From: Mobula birostris
Taxonomy: Eukaryota
Assembly: GCF_030028105.1 (NCBI RefSeq)
Contig: NC_092374.1
Span: forward strand, 122,711,589 to 122,775,588
Reading direction: 5' to 3'
DNA: 64,000 nucleotides
Below the pieces are notes generated by a model that saw nothing but the letters and a program-made list of their open reading frames with translations, did no database searches and was not told the DNA's origin. Below, one piece after another: positions 48,846-62,190 of this stretch. The position numbers were made by a program, and so were the translations under genes. How positions within the stretch are numbered: the first letter of the stretch is position 1; every line of letters begins with the position of its first letter.

Positions 48846-49074
48846 TTAATTGTGTGTGCATAAGCATCAGGTGACTCTGGCAGGAAATGATAAAGTGACA
48901 AAATGACTCTTGGCAAGAGGATCTATTCTATGAATAGACATTTGAAAAGATGTAGGACAGTGACTGGGTTAGCATAGGTGCAAGATGTGGCTTGTAAGTA
49001 TAAAGTGCCAGTGCATGGGGAGTTGAAGGGTGCTGAGGAGGTCTGGAGAGGAATAGCTGTAGTGGTGCTGGGGT

Positions 49075-49790
49075 GGCTCAAAGGATGAAAGTGTTGATCA
49101 GCCTTGATGTTTTTGAGTCTAGTGGTCTTGGCATGGATGCCGTGTAGGCTCTTCCCTGATGACTATGTGAGAAACAGTCCATAAGCAAGGTGGATGGATC
49201 CTTCATGATATTGCTGACCTTTTTCTGAGACCTTTCTGTATATATGTTCTTGATAGTAGGTAGGCAGGTGCTGGTGATGTGCTGGACTTTCTGCTGCAGT
49301 GCAGTTTCCATACCACATAGGAACTCTCCCCTGTTATCTAAATGAGTGAAACTCCACTTAGCCGGCTCAGCTCTAAGTTTTAATCAGAAAATCCCCTGCA
49401 TTGGTTTTCCTCTTTCACCACTACTGGATTAGTCGAGGATCCGTCTTCAGTAATTCTCTGGCTGTCACTTAGCATCTGAAAGTTTCAAATTCAATTAGCT
49501 CCATCATGGGCATGAGCCTCCCCAACATTCAAGATATCTTCAAGGATTGAAGCCTCAAAAACATGGCATCCGTCATAAAGAATCCCCTTCAACTGGATCA
49601 TGCTCTCTTGTCATTTCTACTATCAGGGAGAAGGTGCAGGAACCTGAATGCACACACTCAATGATTCAGGAACAGCTTCTTCTTCTCAGCTATCAGATTT
49701 CTGAATGGATATTGAACCCACGAACACTACCTCATTATTATGTTTTTCTCATTTTGGACTAATTATTTAATTTAACTTTATATGTGGTAT
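49075..49790. mobile_element. Rex1/Babar-like fragments (about 49075-49315 minus; about 49495-49790 plus)
   Basis: LPTIKNIYTER...NIMKDP; CAGGAACAGCTTCTTCTTCTCAGCTATCAG. Confidence 0.7.
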
Positions 49791-49794
49791 GTAT

Positions 49795-50050
49795 ATATGA
49801 GGAGTAATTGATAAGTTCATGGCCTGAGGTAGAAGGATTCAATTTTAGGAAACCTAGCATACTTATTTTTCAACATAGTCCCCTCCTACATTTACACACT
49901 TAGTCCAGCGGTTGTGGAGCATACGGATCTTGGATCTCCATAAACTGTCCACAGCAGGAGTGATTGATAAGTTCGTGGCCTAAGGTAAAAGGAGATGTGT
50001 TATTAACTTCAAACTTTCTGCATAATCACTCAAAGAGTTGAATTGCTGTG
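49795..50050 (+). mobile_element. Mariner-like non-autonomous fragment with duplicated terminus
   Basis: GAG(T)(A/G)ATTGATAAGTTC(A/G)TGGCCT(G/A)AGGTA at about 49802 and 49959. Confidence 0.6.
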
Positions 50051-50610
50051 CATGGGCCAGGCTCTTCCTGGTCTTCCCACCTGCATGTTTCAATAGGTAC
50101 ATTTAATGTCAGAGAAATGTATATAATATACACCGTGAAATGCTTTTTCTTCACAAACATCCACAAAAACAGAGGAGTGCCCCAAAGAATGAATGACAGT
50201 TAAATATTACAACCCCAAAGCCCCCCCCAACTCCCCCCGCCCATGCATGCACAAGCAGCAGCAAAGCAACAATCCCAACCCCGATCCCCACCAACAAAAA
50301 AAAGCATCAGCACCCCCTACCGAGCACTCAAGTGTGCAGCATAGCATCAATAAAGACACAGACTTGCAGTACCCCAAAGACCACTCATTCACCTGGTAAC
50401 TCAACATATCACAGGCGCTTTCTCTCCCTAATAAGAGAAAAAGAGGTGCCCCCATTACAATGGGGATATCAGAACTATGAGCTGGACATGAGATGCTGGC
50501 TTATTTGATTTCCCACATTGCTGCTGCATTCAGCAATGAGGGGTGGGATACAAACATACTAAACTGAGAAAATAGATGGACTTCACATCCAGTGATGAAA
50601 GGCAAATGTG

Positions 50611-52743
50611 ATAGAAACATAGAAAATAGGTGCAGGAGTAGGCCATTCGGCCCTTCGAGCTTGCACCACCATTTATTATGATCATGGCTGATCATCCAAC
50701 TCAGAACACCGCCCCAGCCTTCCCTCCATACCCCCTGACCCCCGTAGCCACAAGGGCCATATCTAACTCCCTCTTAAATATAGCCAATGAACTGGCCTCA
50801 ACTGTTTCCTGTGGCAGAGAATTCCACAGATTCACCACTCTCTGTGTGAAGAAGCTTTTCCTAATCTCGGTCCTAAAAGGCTCTCCCTCTATCCTCAAAC
50901 TGTGACCCCTCGTTCTGGACTTCCCCAACATCGGGAACAATCTTCCTGCATCTAGCCTGTCCAATCCCTTTAGGATCTTATACGTTTCAATCAGATCCCC
51001 CCTCAATCTTCTAAATTCCAACGAGTACAAGCCCAGTTCATCCAGTCTTTCTTCATATGAAAGTCCTGCCATCCCAGGAATCAATCTGGTGAACCTTCTT
51101 TGTACTCCCTCTATGGCAAGGATGTCTTTCCTCAGATTAGGGGACCAAAACTGCACACAATACTCCAGGTGTGGTCGCACCAAGGCCTTGTACAACTGCA
51201 GTAGTACCTCCCTGCTCCTGTACTCGAATCCTCTCGCTATAAATGCCAGCATACCATTCGCCTTTTTCACCGCCTGCTGTACCTGCATGCCAACTTTCAA
51301 TGACTGGTGTATAATGACACCCAGGTCTCATTGCACCTCCCCTTTTCCTAATCGGCCACCATTCAGATAATAATCTGTTCTCCTATTTTTGCCACCAAAG
51401 TGGATAACTTCACATTTATCCACATTAAATTGCATCTGCCATGAATTTCCCCACTCACCCAACCTATCCAAGTCACCCTGCAGCCTCTTAGCATCCTCCT
51501 CACAGCTAACACTGCCACCCAGCTTCGTGTCATCCGCAAACTTGGAGATGCTGCATTTAATTCCCTCATCCAAGTCATTAATATATATTGTAAACAACTG
51601 GGGTCCCAGCACTGAGCCTTGCGGTACCCCACTAGTCACCGCCTGCCATTCTGAAAAGGTCCCGTTTATTCCCACTCTTTGCTTCCTGTCTGCTAACCAA
51701 CTCTCCACCCACACCAATACCTTACCCCCAATACCGTGTGCTTTAAGTTTGCACACTAATCTCCTGTGTGGGACCTTGTCAAAAGCCTTCTGAAAATCCA
51801 AATATACCACATCCACTGGTTCTCCCCTATCCACTCTACTAGTTACATCCTCAAAAAATTCTATGAGATTCGTCAGACATGATTTTCCTTTCACAAATCC
51901 ATGCTGACTTTGTCTGATCATTCCACCGCTTTCCAAATGTGCTGTTATCACATCCTTGATAACTGACTCCAGCAGTTTCCCCACCACCGACGTTAGGCTA
52001 ACCGGTCTATAATTCCCCGGTTTCTCTCTCCCTCCTTTTTTAAAAAGTGGAGTTACATTAGCCACCCTCCAATCCTCAGGAACTAGTCCAGAATCTAACG
52101 AGTTTTGAAAAATTATCACTAATGCATCCACTATTTCTTGGGCTACTTCCTTAAGCACCCTGGGATGCAGACCATCTGGCCCTGGGGATTTATCTGTCTT
52201 CAATCCCTTCAATTTACCTAACACCACTTCCCTACTAACATGTATTTCGCTCAGTTCCTCCATCTCACTGGACCCTCTGTCCCCTACTATTTCTGGAAGA
52301 TTATTTATGTCCTCCTTAGTGAAGACAGAACCAAAGTAATTATTCAATTGGTCTGCCATGTCCTTGCTCCCCATAATCAATTCACCTGTTTCTGTCTGCA
52401 GGGGACCTACATTTGTCTTTACCAGTCTTTTCCTTTTTACATATCTATAAAAGCTTTTACAGTCCGTTTTTATGTTTCCTGCCAGTTTTCTCTCATAATC
52501 TTTTTTCCCCTTCCTAACTAAACCCTTTGTCCTCCTCTGCTGAACTCTGAATTTCTCCCAGCCCTCAGGTGAGCCACTTTCCCTGGCTAATTTGTATGCT
52601 TCTTCTTTGGAATTGATACTATCCCTAATTTCTCTTGTCAGCCACGGGTGCACTACCTTCCTTGATTTATTCTTTTGCCAAACTGGGATGAACAATTGTT
52701 GTAGTTCATCCATGCAACCTTTAAATGCTTGCCATTGCATATC
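50611..52743 (-). mobile_element. Young CR1 LINE, 5'-truncated, RT domain nearly intact
   Basis: 470-aa and 199-aa ORFs lie in one frame separated by a single TGA at 51328-51330; FADD motif intact; CpGs retained. Confidence 0.98.
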
Positions 52744-53049
52744 CTACCCTATTCGTTTGCATGAGATCCTGGCCCTTGATTGAAAAGGTAAGGACATGTA
52801 GGTAATTTGGTGCTTCTTTTTTATTTTATTTAAGGTTAATATTTTTAATCATTTGAAGGTTAAACATATCTTTAAATGAACTTATGATTTAATTATCTAA
52901 ATCTCTTTGAACAGGTTTTAAATGCTGCAAATCATCAGACATGCTTACATGTCATTCTCAGGCCTTTGACAGCAGCAAAAGGCTCTCGGTGTAGGTCATG
53001 GAAGGAGCCTCAGGATTCATTACCTTGGGCTGTGTTGCTGTTTATGGAA

Positions 53050-53968
53050 GTGTTAGATTTTGTAATTTCAAAACATTGAACTAATTCAAAGGGAATCTGA
53101 AATGTGTCTAACGTCATGTTCACTTTAAGTGAGGCACGCACGTGTCACGTGGTAGTGTGATGATGTATGCAATTCACGCATTTACACATACAACCTGTAA
53201 TGAATAAGATCGCTTAATCAACATATATATATATATGTACGGGGTTTTTTTTGTATGTTAAATTTAAAATGTCTTCTTTGTTATGTTATACTTGAGAATG
53301 CTTCTTTGTTATGTTAAACGCTGAGAAAGTCCTTCCCGCTAGCAGTTTGTTGAAACACATTACTGATAAGATGTTATGAACCAATTGGGATAGTTGTTAT
53401 GTTTTTGGTGTATTTGAAGATACTGTATGCGTGGGGTTTTGGGGGAGAAGATGGGAGAGAAAGACAGAGGAATAACCAGGTGCTGTGAGTCTGCTAACGG
53501 GGTCGGACCCTGAGGAGGGCGTTCGGCGAGGAGAGGAGACGGAGACGGACTCATATGGAGCGTCTGGTCGACCACCGTTGTTGGTCCCAGGCAGCCGGTT
53601 GAGGTGGTCCGAAGGGTCGCATGGTGAAGAAGAAGGGTCTTGAGCTCCAACTGTTTTGTGCACGAAGAGATTGAACTTTGATAAGTGTGGCGCCTTTTAT
53701 TTTCCTTTTATATTTTATTCTCTATTAATTATATAGTTCCAGTAATATCTATAAACTGTAACTCATTTAATCGTATCTGATGTATTGTCTGTTATTTGGG
53801 GGGGGGGGGGGTACATCACACAGCATCCACACAAACTAATTACCCAGTTTGGCGGGGCTGAGTGCTGTTTCCCTAGATGACAGCGAGCCGTGCGACCCTG
53901 AGGGTGGCCGGGGGGCTACATGTACACACACACACACAAGATTACTCAAATATTAAATGCACAACAGA
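53050..53968 (-). mobile_element. Gypsy-type solo LTR (family of 9194-9449) split by a younger LTR
   Basis: TTTAAGTGAGGCACGCACGTGTCACGTGGTAG is the reverse complement of about 9326-9357; resumes at about 53925 with ATTACTCAAATATTA. Confidence 0.75.
53236..53920 (+). mobile_element. Young solo LTR (685 bp)
   Basis: TGTA...TACA termini; 4-bp flanks TATA/TGTA; CpG-rich; inserted in a (TA)n tract. Confidence 0.7.
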
Positions 53969-54624
53969 AGTATTTTCTGTTCTCTGTCATCACTGTGACA
54001 GTCAGGCCTTGAACTGGATTGGTTCAAAAAAATTAAATGCAGTTGTGGCAAAAGAACAGGGCTGAGCAGAGGAGGTGGACTAGAATGATCACAATCTGAA
54101 CCAAGTCTTTGCCGTTACAATTAAATTTGTTTCTTCACCTGTGGTTCCTGACCACTTTAAAACTGTTTACACTTCCGCTGTCCATCTTGCGTAACATTTA
54201 AGGCCTCAACCCTGTATCCTTTTTGTCACAAAGATCATCTGTTTTTGCCTCATAATATTTCCACTCACTGTTCCTGTTCCTTTACATTTTCCTGAGCTAC
54301 AGACATTAATTAAATGCAAGTTATTCTTGTAAAAGAGACTGCAGCTGGTTTGAAAGATATGTTGGAAATTCAACTAACAAGGTGTTACATTTGACACAAA
54401 CCCTTTTACTTGACCAACAGTTAAATTTAAAATAAAATACAATTTTGGTATCAAAGTGAAAGAGGCTGGGAACAGTAACTAAGTCTGTCACACAGCTGAA
54501 TTAACATCAATAGAGATGCTTTTATTAGTTCAGAATGTTTCAAAGGTCATGTTGATTTAACTTTATCTGTTAATTGAGCCCCTTCACAATCTCAGGCTCA
54601 TTAACTCCTCGCAGCCAATTTCAT

Positions 54625-54972
54625 CAGTGGAGTAAAAATAAAGTATTAATCTGATTCTTCTGAATCAAAGGTTCCCGTTTCAAGTCCCACTCTAGAGACT
54701 TGGACACAAAAGGCTGGGATGACTTTTTAGCACAGTACGGAGGGAGTGCTACCTTTTCAAGATGCTGCCTTTCAGATTTGATGCTAAACATTGGTCTCAT
54801 CTAGATTCCTAAGTGAATGTAAAAAATCCCTTGGCAGTAATTTGAAAAAGAATAGCATGTCAAGCTCTGATGTTCTGATCAATATTTATCCCTTATTAAA
54901 CAACACTAAGACAGATTATTCAATCATTATCATATTAGTGTGTGTGGCAGCTTGCTGAATACAAATAGGCTG
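54625..54972 (+). mobile_element. DeuSINE (SacSINE1/AmnSINE1-related); likely 3' tail at about 56417-56500
   Basis: TTCAAGTCCCACTCTAGAGACTTG...CAGTACGGAGGGAGTGCT...AATATTTATCCC...ACAGATTAT...CATTATCA match the recalled Deu-domain consensus. Confidence 0.75.
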
Positions 54973-56416
54973 CTGCCTTTTCCACATTATAACTGTTGCA
55001 GGAAAGCAGCATCCATCATCAGGGACCTGCACAATCCAGGACATGCTCTCTTCTCACTGCTGCATTTAGGAAGAAGGTACAAGAGCCTCAGGACTCACCG
55101 CCAGGTTCAGGAACAGTTGTTACCCCTCAGCTATTAGGCTTCTGAGCCAGGCGGGATAACTTTACTCAGTTTCAGTCACCCTATCACTGAACTGTTCCCA
55201 CAACCTATGGACTCATTTTCGAGGACTCTTTATTTCACATTCTCAATAGTTATTGCTTATTTATTAAATATTATTATTTTTTGTTGTATTTGCACAGATT
55301 GTTGCCTTTTCCATATTGGTTATTTGTCTGCCTTGTTGGGTGTGGTCTTTCATTGATACTATTGTACTTCTTGGATATACCGTGTTTACCTGCAAGGAAT
55401 CTCAGGGTTGCATATGGTGATGTGTATGTACGTGGATAATAAATTAACTGTTGTTCACACCGCTGGCGCATGACTCTGTTGCAGGATTCAGCTCAAAGCG
55501 TACCATCAAGTTTGCAGAAGACGCAGCAGTGGTTGTCCTCATCAACGATGATGACAAGATGGAGTGCAGAGAGGAAGTGGAGCAGCTGGTGGATTAGTGT
55601 GTGAAGAGCAACCTAAACCTGAACATTGAGAAGACCAAGGAAATCATTGTGGACTTCAGGAAGGGGCATGTGAACCATTGCCCTCTGTGAATACGTGGTT
55701 CCTCCATAGAGAGAGTTAAGTGCACCAAGTTCCTGGGACTTCACATCACAAATGACCTCACTTGGTCCTAAATATCACCTCCCTGAACAAGGCAGCACAG
55801 CAGCACCTCCACTTCCTAAGCAAAAAGAGGTAAAAAAGGCTTCCCCCCACTCCCCCCCACCCCCATCGTAACTGCATTTTACAGGAGCACCATTGAGAGC
55901 ATCCAGACAAGTTGCATCTCCATCTGGTATGGGAGCAGGCAAGCTTCAGATCCTACAGTGAGAGAAGCTGAGAGGATCATAGGAGTCCCCCTACAATCCA
56001 TCGGGTCCCTTGGTATTATTAAGGATCTGACCCATCCATCTAGCATCCTCTTTGACTTTCTACCATCAGGCAGGAGAATATGATGCATAAAAACTAGAAT
56101 GGTCAGGGTGGGAAATAGTTTCTTCCCTCAGGTCACTAAGCTTCTGAACGCCCTGCTGAATCATATTTGAAGTGTCACTGATTAATCTGTTGTTTACGCT
56201 ATTTAATTTATGCTCTTTAGTTTGTTATTTATGTGTGATTCATCCATAGATTTTATCCTTTCCTTCATAAGTTATCGTGTGTTTTGTGTACGACTGTGCT
56301 TTACACCCCAGTTCGGAGAAATGTTGTCTCGTTTTTATATACATTATGTGATTATATATATTATAAACATTTATATATGTAAATGATACTAAATTTGATT
56401 TTATTTGACTTGACTT
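54973..56416 (+). mobile_element. Two tandem Rex1/Babar-like fragments (about 54973-55446 and 55450-56416)
   Basis: CRKAASIIRDLHNPGHALFSLL; KFAEDA, NLNIEKTKEIIVDFRK; (TTGAC)n tail. Confidence 0.88.
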
Positions 56417-57254
56417 ACTGTGAGCTTTTGAATATGAATACCTGCAACATATTGCTCATTGTCTTATAAAGTCTTTTGAGACTTATTAAGATATTTAAAA
56501 TTGATTAGCTTTTCTTCTTTTTGTTCTCCTTAGTTTTCACTTGTGTTCTCCCTTGGCCAATTTCCTCTCAGCCGTCCCCAAGAACCCCACTGAATGGTAG
56601 CATTCTGCTAGTGTTGTAACTGAAATTCCACCAGGATCAAGTGCATATGTTCCAGTCCCGTACTAAGTGTTGGATGGACCCATTGCTTGATTCTTGCCAA
56701 CCACATTCATTTTCAATAGTATGCAGATGGTGGGATATCCTGTTCAAGTTTTGTTTTTGGTATATGAAGACTCAGAGATCACATTACAATGGCAGTAAAA
56801 TTAATCCCAAGCTCTTAATAGTATGGTTCGTGTTTCTCCAGTCTAAGTCAGCTTATATGATAATGGTAAACACATTTTACTATTTATGCTGAACAACAAT
56901 AATATCAAATATAAACTCCAGTCTGGTAACAACAAAGCTATTTGAATTCTTTATATGTTATTTTTATTTTGTTGCTTAAAATTAAGAAGGCAACTTTCAT
57001 ATTCAAAGACATTTCTAGGACCATTTGCTTGAGTGTTGGAACAATTATTTTCAATTTTCAATTCATCTATTTAAATAAATATAATTTCAGCACCTCATCA
57101 TAATCATCAAGTTGTTGGCACCAATGCTAAAATGCTCAGGGTATCCCACTTTTAAGTTTACTCTGGGATGAATGTTTTTTGAAAATTCGGACAAAGCTAC
57201 TTCGGTTTGCAATGTTGTTTTATGGAAGGTGCATTGACCACCTACAGCCAAGGG

Positions 57255-57650
57255 TTCGAAGTTTAAAGTACACTTTTTATCAAAGTATGCATATTGTATA
57301 CAACCTTGAATTCATCTTCTTGCAGGCAGCTAGGAAACACAGAAACACAACAGAACCCACTTATTAAAAAAACCCACAGAGCAAAGGTCATCAAACTCTC
57401 AATGTGTGGAGCAATAAGGAATAAATCATGCTAACAATAAAAAAAGTACACAAATAACACACAGAATGTTAACCACAAAGTTGCTGAAAATGAGTCCATA
57501 GCCATGGAGCCAGTTCAATGCTGAAGTGACTGAAGCTGGTCCAGGAGCCTGATGGTTGCGGGGCAACAACTGCTCCTGAACCTGGTGGTGTGGGACCCAA
57601 GACTACTACACCTCCCACCCAATGGCAGTAGCAAGAAGAGAGGGAGACTG
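57255..57650 (-). mobile_element. Rex1/Babar-like 3' end
   Basis: Homologous to 4898-5245. Confidence 0.7.
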
Positions 57651-58781
57651 GTCAGACGCAGGCTGATGGTGCTGAACACCAGATCATTTTACACCCTCGT
57701 CCTTGACAATTTCAATCCTGCTTGAAGCTTCAATCAGCACAGAATGATGAAGCCAACCACAGGTTTGTGCTTGGCCAAAAGGCATCATGCAGCATTCACC
57801 CCCAGCCTGACATGGGCACATGAGAATCTAGTTCCCTTAATCCCCCGGTAGATCATAAAGGCACTCGATCATTTAGTCAGCTCAAAAGTACATGCTTAAA
57901 AGGAAAATTACTGGCTGTAATCTAATGCAATTCAAAAGAAGAAGTATATCTAGAAGGAGAAAGTTACCTAGTGGCTTGCTGAGCTGTCTCCAACATGTCA
58001 CCATTTGTTGCTGGCACCTTTTTGCCAGTGGAAGTCTATGTGATGCATTGTTGAAAGCTCCTCAATGTGCAGGAGTTGCACCCTAAGTGCAGGCGTGATA
58101 ACACTGCTAAAATGCCCTTTTTGCACTGGGGCAAGAGTAATGCCATTAATGTACTTCAATAATGTAATAGGATCCTCCCGCACCTCACTGGCACCTCAGG
58201 CAGCAACCATGCCACCTCCTTAGCATTTGTGTGTTTTCCGAGGCCAAGTTGCTGGCTCGATGCTCAACCCAGCATGGATGGGAAGTGTGCAACGGGCTGG
58301 CTGGATTCGAACCTGGAACTGCTCACCCTGACGTCCAGTGAATATGCCACCAGCAGGCTAACATAATTTCTTTCTTTCTTCTGCGGTAAGAGTTCTGGTG
58401 CTTTGGGGCTAAGCATAGAACTACACTCTTAAGAAATAAAATGAGGAACAATAAAAAAGGTGCAATCCTGTAAGGGCATGACTGATCCTGAGACTCGTGA
58501 CTACTTGGCACAGTTGCATTTTTCTTCATTCCCTTAATGTGTATCGTCCATCGATCTCAGCTGTGAGTATACTCAATAACTGCACATCCAAATCCCTGTT
58601 GAGTCAGAGAATTCCAAAGATTTGCAGAAGAAGGGAGCAAAGGTATTTCACGCCTGTGATAAATTGCCAAATCCCATAGACTTAGACCGAGTCTCCCAGC
58701 TCCAAAGTTTTTCTGTCTTTGAGAAAAAAATCTCTGTGTCTACCCTGTTTATCCCACTCATAAACTTACATGCCTTAATGA

Positions 58782-58913
58782 GATAAGAAATTCTGTAGAT
58801 GCTGGAAATCCAAAGTAATACAGACAAAATGTTGGAAGAACTGAGCATGTCAGCCAGCATCCCTGGAAATGAACAGGCAGTGGATGTTTTGGGCCGAGAC
58901 CCTTCTTCAGTAC
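58782..58913 (-). mobile_element. Penelope-like terminal-repeat insertion in an old CR1 fragment (about 58450-58960)
   Basis: TSD CCTTAATGA at 58773-58781 and 58914-58922; decayed hammerhead at about 58878-58910. Confidence 0.8.
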
Positions 58914-59697
58914 CCTTAATGAAATTATCCCTCATTCTTCCAAACCCAAATGAGTACCGGCCAAAATTTGTTTTCTCAGATGAACACTACCTCATGATTG
59001 GCTCATAAAGCATTTTTTGTTTTAGCTTGGAGGAATGACTAAAATCCTGTTTAAATGTTAAAATCTACGAAAGATTAAATTAAGTTGATTTCAATAAAGC
59101 CATTTTGGAGGTGTCTTAAAAGCAGAGAAAAATGAAACCAATCTCAAATCCTATCAGATCCCAATATGTTGCCAGTCTTTATTGCTTTGCTGCTGTGACT
59201 TTGTTAATGTTAGGTTTTCTCTTGTGTTTCAATGAGTGATGAATTTAGACAAGGTTAAAAGGAAGAAATTATTAAATAAAAAGCTTGCAGAATCAAGCAT
59301 CTCCATAAGTAAATGCATGTTGACTTGTCACAGGAGGTTACTGAGGCAATGAACAACAATGACAATTTGTATTTATACAGCACCTTTCATGTTGTAAAGC
59401 TCCCCAAGATGCTTTACAGGAGTGACAGGAAACAAAAATTGACATTGAGTCACACAAGGAGATGTTCAGGCTGAAGAGCCTAGTTGAAGCAGGAGAATAA
59501 AGTGAGCACCACAAGGTGAAAAGTGAAGCTGAAATGCTCAAGTCCTTTACAAATGAACATACATCTGTCATTTTCAGAGTTTCCATGTAAGTACAAGTGA
59601 CAAATAAAGCTAATCTTCTTTAAATTTCCAGCACCCAGAAATGTTCCTGCTTTTGAGTCATAGGTGCATTCCTAATCCCTTACTGCAGGAATAAACT

Positions 59698-60047
59698 TCA
59701 CTAAGGACCCCCCTCACCCAGGTCACACCTTGTTCCCATTGCTACCATCAGGAAGGAGGTACAGAAGCCTGAAGGCACACACTCAGCTATTCAGGAACAG
59801 CTTCTTCCCTTCTGCCATCTGATTTCTGAATGGACACTGAACCTATTAACACTACCTCACTACTATTTTATTTCCATTTTTGCACTACTTATTTAATTCA
59901 ACATAACATACACACACATACATGTATAATGTTAATTAATGTTTCTTTCTATTACTATGTATTACATTGTACTGCTGCCGCAAAGTCAACAAATTTCATA
60001 ACACTTGCCAGTGATATTAAAGCTGATTTTAATTCTGATTCAAATTC
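59698..60047 (+). mobile_element. Rex1/Babar-like 3' end
   Basis: KDPPHPGHTLFPLLPSGRRYRSLK; TTCTGA tail. Confidence 0.85.
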
Positions 60048-61543
60048 AGAAATATCAAGTGGTCAGAATTAGAGATGCACAGACACCTAGCAGGATGGAA
60101 GAAATTGTACAGATAAGAAGGGGCAAGTAATGTTTAAATCTTTCACCTGCTGTCCTATTTCTGAAGTTATTCCTTATATATTCAGTGCCCTCCTTCATCA
60201 GAGATAATGAGCAGGCAGCCAGCGATAAATACTGCAAATGCTACATACTGTTGATGAGACAAGGGTGATTTTTCTTTCACTTTCTCCTAATATGAAAAGG
60301 CTGATATCCATCATCACCTTTCTCCATATACCCTGCCTCACAGGGAAATTAAGGGCAGCGTGCTGATGCACTGACCTGCTACACAGTTTGACAAACTGGC
60401 TAGCATTTGTATTTAATTTACTTACAATGTTATGAAGATTGTGATAAGCTCACATATCTGAACATCACTTTTAAGTTTGTATGCTGGTAGTTTTAATATC
60501 CAATTTATGAAGGTTTTAAAGAAAAGAGGCTAATGGATAGATGGGAGTGATTACAAGCCAGTTATCTAATCAAGGAGTTTGTATAGCATAAATCAAGTGA
60601 TGCTAGAGCACTTTCTAACTGTCATTGAAACTCCAGGATTGGATTACAGCCCTGAAATGCATTTCCTGGTGTCTGTTGCTATTTAAAAGAACTTTTGTAC
60701 ATACCTACTATATATTATATAAATCATTCTTGCTATCTTATTTTTTTATTCCTGTATTTTCTTATTCCATATTTTTTGTATACGTCTGGGAAATAGCTGT
60801 ACTGCTGTTGGTCTTCATTCATTTTTGCAGCTGATCAATCTTGCCTTTTTTGGAAGGGCGCCACTGGTAAGTTTCCTGCTTGATATCTTTCATCTCATTG
60901 ATGAGGCAAGAATGCCATGTCGTTAGCACTTAGGTTTGCTAACTGTAGAGGAAGATCCTTTCACGTTAGAGAGGACTGGATGTGCAGCTTTCTTAACATT
61001 TGAAATCAATGGTTCCATCTTAATCTGGCAGCTCTGAGGTAGCATGCCATACTTGATCACCACGAAGCAGCTGTAAACTCATATAACCAATCATCAGCCG
61101 CATAAAAATAAATTAAACATACATTAAACATTCAATAGAAAGAGTCTAGCAAAGGCTCTCCAAACTAATTTCCAGAAAGTGATTTTTTTTTCCATTTTTA
61201 TATAAGGTCATGTTAAACTGACTGGCCCTGTAATCGCTTGAACTTAGATCAAGCAGAAGTGATCTCTCTGAATAGGTAAAGCTCTACCTGAGCTTGACAG
61301 GAGGTAATGTTTTCCTTGCTAGGAGCCACAATCTCAGAACAAAGGGGGACCTCCATCCAGGAATGAGGTGAAATGAAACTTATTCATGCGAGGATAGTGA
61401 ATCTTTGGAAATTTTTACTTTAGTGGGTTTAGTCTCCAAGTATAATCAAAAGAGAGATCCATAGACTTATAGATATTAAGAGAAGCAGTCGCAAATGCTA
61501 GAATGGACTACACCTGCTTCTATAACTTCTGGTCTAAACAAAC

Positions 61544-61623
61544 CAGAATCAGGTTTAATATCACTGACATGTGTTGTGAAATTTGTTGTTATGTGGCAAT
61601 ACATATTAATAAAAACTGTAAAT

Positions 61624-61658
<35 letters not shown>

Positions 61659-62190
61659 GTTGACAAGTGAAAATAAAAATACAAGAGAAAAAAATACAAG
61701 TAGTGAGGTGGTGTTGATGGTTTCAATGTCCATTCAGAAATCTGACAGCAGAGAGGAAGAAACTGTTCCTGAATTATTGAATGTGTGCTGGCAGGCTTCT
61801 GTATCTACTCCCCGATGGTAGCTTTGAAAAGACGTCATGTCCTGAGTGATGAGGGATCCTTCTTGATGGATGCTACCTTTCTGAGGCATTGTTTCAGCCA
61901 GAGAGTGGTGAATCTTTGGAATTTTATTCCCACAGACAGCTGTGGAGGCCAAGTCTGTATGTATATTTAACGCAGAGGTTGATAGATTCTTGATTTGTCA
62001 GGGCATGAAGGAATGTGGGGAGAAGGCAGGAGACTGGGGCTGAGAGGAAAAATTGATCAGCCATGTTGAAAAGGCAGAGCAGACTCGATGTGCCAAATGG
62101 CTTAATTCTGCTCCAAAGTATTATGGTCTTATGCTTCTTGAAGATGTCCTGGATGCTGGGGAGGCTAGTGCCGATGATGGAGTTGGAGCT
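61544..62190 (-). mobile_element. Rex1/Babar-like 3' fragment with (TA)n at 61627-61655 and a nested CR1 3' end (about 61888-62132, +)
   Basis: LPSIQDIFKK; SQRVVNLWN insert ending TATGGTCTTATG. Confidence 0.8.
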
